DNA of 19,544 nucleotides from an uncultured delta proteobacterium (GTDB lineage: Bacteria; Desulfobacterota; Desulfomonilia; UBA1062). The first letter of the stretch is position 1. Each line of letters begins with the position of its first letter. The position numbers and the translations under genes were made by a program. The stretch spans positions 1 through 19,544 of the forward strand of contig CAWCTR010000011.1 of the NCBI GenBank assembly GCA_963798485.1, written 5' to 3'. The notes under the pieces were generated by a model. That model had not been told where the DNA came from and ran no database searches. It saw only the letters and a program-made list of their open reading frames with translations. This document shows, piece after piece, positions 14,527 to 19,544 of the stretch.

Positions 14527-14931
14527 TCACCTTTTTTTCAATTCCTCAAGTCCTAGCTGGATGATCTCATGCAGCAGTTTTATTCTGCCCGCAATTTTAT
14601 CTTTTGATTCTGTCTTCCTATCTTCATTAAGACCTCGTTCTTTGACCTGAATTGCAAGTCTTAAAATATCATCCGGAAGGAATACAGGATTGTGAAGTAA
14701 TTCTTCGTGACAGTCATAGCAGAAGATTGCTGTCTGTCCCTCAACACCCCATGGGCATTTTTCAAATACTTTATCTCTCTGTGTTCCACGACGATTATTG
14801 GAGCGCCCGAAAAATCTCTCTGCGACAAAATGATGTTTTGATGCATGTGAACAGCCTTCAGCTGTAGGGAGAGCATATGTGTCCTTTGTTCTATGAAGCT
14901 CACAACCACAAATTACACACCTTTCAATCAT
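14527..14931 (-). CDS. HNH-like zinc-binding protein (cassette-borne)
   Basis: CVIC...KHH...CYDCHEELLH pattern of beta-beta-alpha-metal nucleases; AT-rich; AAGGA RBS. Confidence 0.65.
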   Translation of the reverse strand: MIERCVICGCELHRTKDTYALPTAEGCSHASKHHFVAERFFGRSNNRRGTQRDKVFEKCPWGVEGQTAIFCYDCHEELLHNPVFLPDDILRLAIQVKERGLNEDRKTESKDKIAGRIKLLHEIIQLGLEELKKR

Positions 14932-14942
14932 ACAGGTTCCTT

Positions 14943-14998
14943 AGACAACAATTACTATACCGAAACCACGAATATGGATATATGTGACTTCGGGATAA
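14943..14998 (-). other. attI-like recombination site
   Basis: Minus strand TTATCCCGAA...TTCGGTATAGTAATT-GTTGTCT; the core GTTGTCT matches 6/7 the complement of the cassette's R'' AGCCAAC; no attC palindrome upstream. Confidence 0.55.
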
Positions 14999-15158
14999 GG
15001 GACTAATAGGCACATAATGCAGAAAAGATATGGTGATATGACCATACCCTTTCAATTTATTGCATTTCATATATTGCAGTTTACATCATGGGATTGATGG
15101 TATCAAGGACATAAAATTTCATGAGGTTTTTCTCTTTTGTCTTTAAATTTTCTTTTCT

Positions 15159-15330
15159 CCCTTGAAACAGACGAGGAGCGGAGGAAAAATCCGTTAAGAA
15201 GCAGGCCATGTCTGAGCGAAGCGAGTTGCCTGCTTCAGGATTTTCCGAGCACCGCAGTGAACCCCGAAGGGGCTGTTTCATCGGGGTGCCTTTTCTTTGG
15301 TCCTTTCTTTTGGCACCAAAAGAAAGGACA
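15159..15330 (-). repeat. Structured repeat, copy 2 (inverted relative to copy 1)
   Basis: The reverse complement reads GTCCTTTCTTTTGGTGCCAAAAGAAAGGACCAAAGAAAAGGCACCCCGATGAAACAG...CTCGCTTCGCTCAGACA...GGATTTTTC...CTGTTTCAAGGG. Confidence 0.8.
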
Positions 15331-15407
15331 AAAAAATAACTGGTACAGTCTATAAACTTAGGGAACACTTTCCTGAAGGGACATAGGTAAAGTACATCCA
15401 AATGCAG

Positions 15408-16484
15408 TCAATCATCCCCCTCACCCTGTCCCTCTCCCGCAAGGGGAGAGGGGACTTGGGCAAGAATAGACGGGCTCAGGAGAAAAGGCCTTGGTGATCT
15501 CATCCGCTTTGAATTCCGGCAAAGGCCGGGTTTGCCATCCCGGTAGAGGACGAGCTCAGGCGATGAGGTCATGGTCCCGATGAGTGCGCCTATAATGCCG
15601 TCCTCCTCCCATGCTGTAAGTATGGCCTTGGCATTTTCGGGTTTGCAGCACACGATCAACGAGCCTGATGCCAGGGCGCCCAGCGGGTCGATAGAAAAGA
15701 CGCTCAAGATCCTCTCTGCACAATCGATAACAGGGATGTCCTCCAGGTGCACCTCCACACCGCAGCCGCTGGCGCCTGCAAGCTCGGAGAGCCCGGTGGC
15801 AAGGCCGCCCTCGGTAGGGTCATGCATGGCCGTAACACCGCCGGTCGAAAGCGCGATCCGTGCATCTTTCACCACGCTGATGCCCGGGGCATAAATAAGG
15901 TCCTGCGCCTGTTTCAGGGTATCTCCATCAAGGTCGAGCCTATGGGCAAACTCGCGCGCCAGGAGCGCAGTTGCCTCAAGGGGTATGCCCTTGCTCAACA
16001 GGATGGCATCCCCTGGTTTTGCACCACTGGAGCGGATGATGCCGTGCCTGGATATGGTGCCGATCATGAACCCGATGGCAATGGGCCGGTCGATCCCATG
16101 GGTGATCTCGGTGTGACCGCCCACCAGGGTGATGCCCCCTGCCGCGCATGCCTCTTTAAGCTGCGAAAAGATGGCTGAAGCGCTTTCGGGCGTCGTTGCG
16201 CCCTGGGGCAGGAGGAAGGTCGCCAGCAGGTATTTCGGGATGCCGCCCATGCAGGCAATGTCGTTGGCATTGATGGTGACGAGATACCAGGCGATGTCAT
16301 CCGTGGCAAAGGTGATGGGGTCGGTCTTGAAAACAAGCAGTTCATCTCCGAAGCGGATCACCGCTGCATCCATGCCGATGCCGGGCCCCACGATCACATC
16401 CGGATTAGTTGTGGTAAGCCCTTGAAGGAACCGCCTCAGAAGATCCACGGGGAGCTTGCCGACGGGCAGGACATCTTCAGCCAT
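15408..16484 (-). CDS. AIR synthase (PurM/HypE/ThiL)-family protein, with a probable frameshift near the C-terminus
   Basis: GKLP, VGPGIGMDAAV, KTDPITF, NANDIACMGG, VGGHTE, MHDPTEGG; the expected tail PLPEFKADEITKAF lies in another frame after ~15530. Confidence 0.85.
   Translation of the reverse strand: MAEDVLPVGKLPVDLLRRFLQGLTTTNPDVIVGPGIGMDAAVIRFGDELLVFKTDPITFATDDIAWYLVTINANDIACMGGIPKYLLATFLLPQGATTPESASAIFSQLKEACAAGGITLVGGHTEITHGIDRPIAIGFMIGTISRHGIIRSSGAKPGDAILLSKGIPLEATALLAREFAHRLDLDGDTLKQAQDLIYAPGISVVKDARIALSTGGVTAMHDPTEGGLATGLSELAGASGCGVEVHLEDIPVIDCAERILSVFSIDPLGALASGSLIVCCKPENAKAILTAWEEDGIIGALIGTMTSSPELVLYRDGKPGLCRNSKRMRSPRPFLLSPSILAQVPSPLAGEGQGEGDD
15416..15454. repeat. REP-like palindrome (CCCTCACCC..CCCTCTCCC-GCAA-GGGGAGAGGG family)
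   Basis: Stem CCCTCTCCC/GGGAGAGGG preceded by CCCTCACCC; lies at the 3' end of the queD-folE2 operon. Confidence 0.7.
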
Positions 16485-17253
16485 GTGTCTGTTCGCTCTC
16501 GATATATGCGTATGCGCTGTGGTTGTGGATGCTCTCGTAATTCTCCGCTTCCACCGAGAACCAGGAGAACTCGTCCCTGACGCTCAGGCTGGAGGCCACC
16601 TGCCGGACAACGTCTTCCACGAACTTGGGGTTCTGGTAGGCATGTTCCGTGACGAATTTTTCATCCGGCCGCTTGAGAACAGGGTAAACCGGGCTTGACC
16701 CGCAGCCCTCGATGAGCTCGATGAGGTCTTCCATCCAGAAGAACTTTACGTAACGCACCACCGTGGTTACGATGCCCCGCTGGTTATGGGCGCCGAAATC
16801 ACTGATCTCCTTCGAGCACGGGCAGAGCGTCTGGATGGGGACCTTCACGCGCACCTTGAACTCCCGCTTTGCACCGACCATGCCCATGAGCGAACACGTG
16901 TATTCCATAAGGCCTACGGCCCCGGTCACCGGGGCCTCCTTCTCGATGAAATAGGGAAACTCGATCTCCATGTGGGCGCTTTCGGCCTCAAGAGAACGCT
17001 TGATCTCGTTTAAAATATGCTCGAAGTTCTTGATATGGATCTCTTCCTTATGTTCGTTAAGCACCTCGATGAAACGGCTCATGTGCGTGCCCTTGAATTC
17101 CCGGGGCAGATCCACGGAAAGGCTGATGGAAGCCACCGTATGCTGGGAGCCTTTCTTCTTGTCGGAGACCACGATGGGGTAGCTGATGCCTTTGACCCCC
17201 ACCCTCTTGATGTACAGCGGGTTGTCCGGCCTCTGCTTCTGAACGTCCTTCAT
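16477..17253 (-). CDS. folE2: GTP cyclohydrolase I type 2 (FolE2)
   Basis: DVQ, KGTHMSRF, TLCPCSKEIS..GAHNQR, LKRPDEK.VTE.AY.NPKFVED, ESIHNH. Confidence 0.96.
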   Translation of the reverse strand: MKDVQKQRPDNPLYIKRVGVKGISYPIVVSDKKKGSQHTVASISLSVDLPREFKGTHMSRFIEVLNEHKEEIHIKNFEHILNEIKRSLEAESAHMEIEFPYFIEKEAPVTGAVGLMEYTCSLMGMVGAKREFKVRVKVPIQTLCPCSKEISDFGAHNQRGIVTTVVRYVKFFWMEDLIELIEGCGSSPVYPVLKRPDEKFVTEHAYQNPKFVEDVVRQVASSLSVRDEFSWFSVEAENYESIHNHSAYAYIESEQTHG

Positions 17254-17265
17254 CGCAGTACCTTC

Positions 17266-17631
17266 CTAACCTGAATAGGTCACGCAGCAGGAATCGTTCT
17301 CCCAGACCGTAACTCCTTTGAGTAATACCGGCGTCTTGATAGATCCTGAGACAGCGTGAAAAATATATTCCGCTATGTTCTCGGCCGAAGGGTTACTCTG
17401 TGTAAAGGGATCGAGATCGTTCAGATAATGGTGGTCGAGCCCCTTAAGCACATCCTTGAGGATCTGCTTGAGATCGCGAAAGTCCATGACAATACCTGCG
17501 GCATCAAGCTGCGGCGACTCCACGGCGACCTCCACGCGATAGTTGTGACCGTGCAGCCTCTCGCAGTCACCCTGGTAGCCCCTGAGGCGGTGGGCCGCGC
17601 TGAAGCCATCTATGACCTTTGCCGTAAACAT
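17266..17631 (-). CDS. queD: 6-carboxy-5,6,7,8-tetrahydropterin synthase
   Basis: FSAAH.L..Y.G.CERLHGHNY, DF, LDH..LN, NPSAENIA, VWE. Confidence 0.95.
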   Translation of the reverse strand: MFTAKVIDGFSAAHRLRGYQGDCERLHGHNYRVEVAVESPQLDAAGIVMDFRDLKQILKDVLKGLDHHYLNDLDPFTQSNPSAENIAEYIFHAVSGSIKTPVLLKGVTVWENDSCCVTYSG

Positions 17632-17752
17632 TTAGGAGTACATAGTACAACACATGCAGATCTGCAACACAGGAAATGACCTTGTAACACCAAAGGATTT
17701 GGTATATGCCGTGAATAATTTTCAGGGAGGGAAAAAGGCCACACACAACTAC

Positions 17753-18697
17753 ATGTCCACAATCGATTTCTCAGACACGTACATACTACGGCAGCTTGCC
17801 GGCGATAATTGTTCCCACCTGAAGATCCTTGAAGAATCTGTCGGGGTCAAGTGCTCGCTCAAGGGCAACACCATCGATCTTTCAGGCGAAAGCCTTGACG
17901 TGGAGCTTGCAGAGCACGCCCTCAAAGACCTCTATAAGCTCATAAAAGGCGGGTTCCCCATCTATCCTGATGATGTCTGGTACGCCGTGCGGATGATCGC
18001 CAAGGACCACAACGTGGACCTGGAGGAGGTGTTTAAGGACAACATCTATATTTCCTCCACGAAGAAGGTGATCTTCCCCAAGAGCCTGCAACAGAAGCGT
18101 TACATCGATGCCATGCGTTTCAAGGATATCCTCTTCGGCATCGGCCCGGCAGGGACAGGCAAGACCTACCTGGCCCTTGCCATGGGGGTGCACTATCTGC
18201 TGAAGAAAAAGGTGGAGCGCATCGTGCTCACCCGGCCCGCAGTGGAGGCAGGGGAACGGCTCGGCTTTCTGCCAGGCGATCTGCAGGAGAAGGTGAACCC
18301 ATACCTGAGGCCCCTGTATGACGCCCTGTACGATATGCTGGAGCGCGACCATGTCCTGAGGCTCATAGCCAGGGACCATATCGAGGTAGCGCCGCTGGCA
18401 TTCATGCGAGGCAGGACCTTGAATGACGCCTTCATCATCTTGGATGAGGCGCAGAACACCACATCCGAGCAGATGAAGATGTTCCTCACAAGGCTCGGGT
18501 TCAACTCCAAGGCGGTCATAACCGGTGATATCACCCAGATCGACCTGCCGCAGGGCACCATATCAGGCCTGGTGGAGGCCTCACAGATCCTCAAGGACAT
18601 CGACGAGCTTGGTTTCGTGTATTTCTCAGAGGATGACGTGGTCAGGCACAAGATAGTGGCCAAGATCATAAGGGCCTATGACAAAAGCGGCAGATGA
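17753..18697 (+). CDS. phoH: PhoH-family ATPase
   Basis: GPAGTGKT, RPAVEAGERLGFLPGD, PLAFMRGRTL, DEAQN, DVVRH; start uncertain (ATG 17753 chosen). Confidence 0.95.
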   Translation: MSTIDFSDTYILRQLAGDNCSHLKILEESVGVKCSLKGNTIDLSGESLDVELAEHALKDLYKLIKGGFPIYPDDVWYAVRMIAKDHNVDLEEVFKDNIYISSTKKVIFPKSLQQKRYIDAMRFKDILFGIGPAGTGKTYLALAMGVHYLLKKKVERIVLTRPAVEAGERLGFLPGDLQEKVNPYLRPLYDALYDMLERDHVLRLIARDHIEVAPLAFMRGRTLNDAFIILDEAQNTTSEQMKMFLTRLGFNSKAVITGDITQIDLPQGTISGLVEASQILKDIDELGFVYFSEDDVVRHKIVAKIIRAYDKSGR

Positions 18698-19140
18698 ACC
18701 TCATCGATATCATCAACGAACAGAAGATCATTGAGATCGATGTCGACCTCATAGGCCGGCTGGCGGTCAGGATCCTTGAAATCCTCGGCAGGCAGGGAGT
18801 GGAACTGTGCGTGGTCCTCACCGACAACCCCGATATCCAGGCCTTGAACCGGGAATACCTTGGCCGCGACATGCCCACCAACGTCATCTCCTTTCCCCAA
18901 CAGGAAGGAGTCGGCCCGCAGGGGAGCCACCTGGGTGATGTGGTCATTTCTGTGGAAAGGGCTGCAGAAGAGTCAGACGAAGCCGGCATGGAGACAATGG
19001 ACCGCATCAGGGCGCTGATGGTCCACGGTATCTGCCACCTCTGCGGGTATAATCATGAAGGTGTCTCCGAAGAGATGGTACGCGAGATGGAGGCCGTAGA
19101 AGAGCGGGTGCTTGCCTTGCTTGACGATTGCCAAGCCTAG
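18694..19140 (+). CDS. ybeY: rRNA maturation endoribonuclease YbeY
   Basis: LNREY.G.D.PTNVISF, LGDVVIS, HGICHLCGYNH; coupled to phoH. Confidence 0.95.
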   Translation: MNLIDIINEQKIIEIDVDLIGRLAVRILEILGRQGVELCVVLTDNPDIQALNREYLGRDMPTNVISFPQQEGVGPQGSHLGDVVISVERAAEESDEAGMETMDRIRALMVHGICHLCGYNHEGVSEEMVREMEAVEERVLALLDDCQA

Positions 19141-19206
19141 AGATCATGGAAGATTAATTGAATTAAATTAATAAGTTGCCTGTCATCTTCCCTGCGGAAA
19201 AAGTGC

Positions 19207-19236
19207 TTGCCTTGCCCTAAGACCCTCTGCTATAAG
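19207..19236 (+). promoter_or_regulatory. Putative tRNA operon promoter
   Basis: TTGCCT (19207-12), 18 bp, TATAAG (19231-36) with an extended TG, followed by a GC-rich stretch. Confidence 0.5.
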
Positions 19237-19245
19237 GCTCCACTA

Positions 19246-19323
<78 letters not shown>

Positions 19324-19340
19324 TAGCAGGGGCTAAGTGG

Positions 19341-19417
<77 letters not shown>

Positions 19418-19425
19418 GAGCATAT

Positions 19426-19502
19426 GGTGAGTGTAGCTCAGATGGTAGAGCGCAGGATTGTGGCTCCTGTGGCCGAGGGTTCGATCCCCTTCACTCACCC
19501 CA
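19426..19502 (+). tRNA. tRNA-His(GTG)
   Basis: G-1, CAGGA-TT-GTG-GC-TCCTG anticodon arm, GGTTCGATCCC, CCA end. Confidence 0.97.
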
Positions 19503-19514
19503 GTTTGAAGGGAA

Positions 19515-19544
19515 GCGCCCGTAGCTCAGTTGGATAGAGCGTCG
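19515..19544 (+). tRNA. 5' part of a tRNA (probably Arg), truncated by the window end
   Basis: GCGCCCGTAGCTCAGTTGGATAGAGC is nearly identical to the 5' end of the tRNA-Arg; the anticodon is outside the window. Confidence 0.75.

Noticed and set aside
15081-15401. ORFs 15081-15401 (-) and 15137-15355 (+), including as an intI remnant
   Set aside because: They are translations of the structured repeat and show no tyrosine-recombinase motifs.
6524-19007. Numerous 60-240 aa ORFs antisense to or overlapping housekeeping genes
   Set aside because: Shadow ORFs expected in GC-rich coding DNA; they have no RBS or motifs and are fully overlapped by well-supported genes.

Overview
The window has two parts. 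(1) Bases 1-6600 are an AT-richer integron gene-cassette array: 11 cassettes, all on the + strand, separated by 10 attC sites, many of them damaged. No integrase is in view. The array is preceded by what looks like the 3' end (domain VI) of a group II intron. It carries three HicAB modules, one MazF/PemK module, two paralogous 'small protein + nucleotidyltransferase' operons, a DUF2569-like membrane protein, a pyridoxamine-oxidase-like protein, a frameshifted DUF3795-like gene and a DMT/EamA transporter. Two attC sites carry an identical hairpin insertion at the crossover point, and the interior of another is replaced by an IS110-family fragment. (2) Bases 6617-19544 are a GC-richer housekeeping backbone resembling Desulfobacterota/Deltaproteobacteria (inference): ispH fused to a UbiA-like membrane domain, tlyA, dxs, ispA, an MltB-like lipoprotein, accC, an AIR-synthase-family gene, folE2, queD, phoH, ybeY and a tRNA cluster (Pro, Arg, His, partial Arg). 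At 14250-15330 this backbone is interrupted by an orphan attI-like site with one HNH-like cassette and its attC on the - strand, bracketed by two inverted copies of a ~175-190 bp structured repeat that shows compensatory base changes. All family assignments come from motif recognition by eye, not from database searches.
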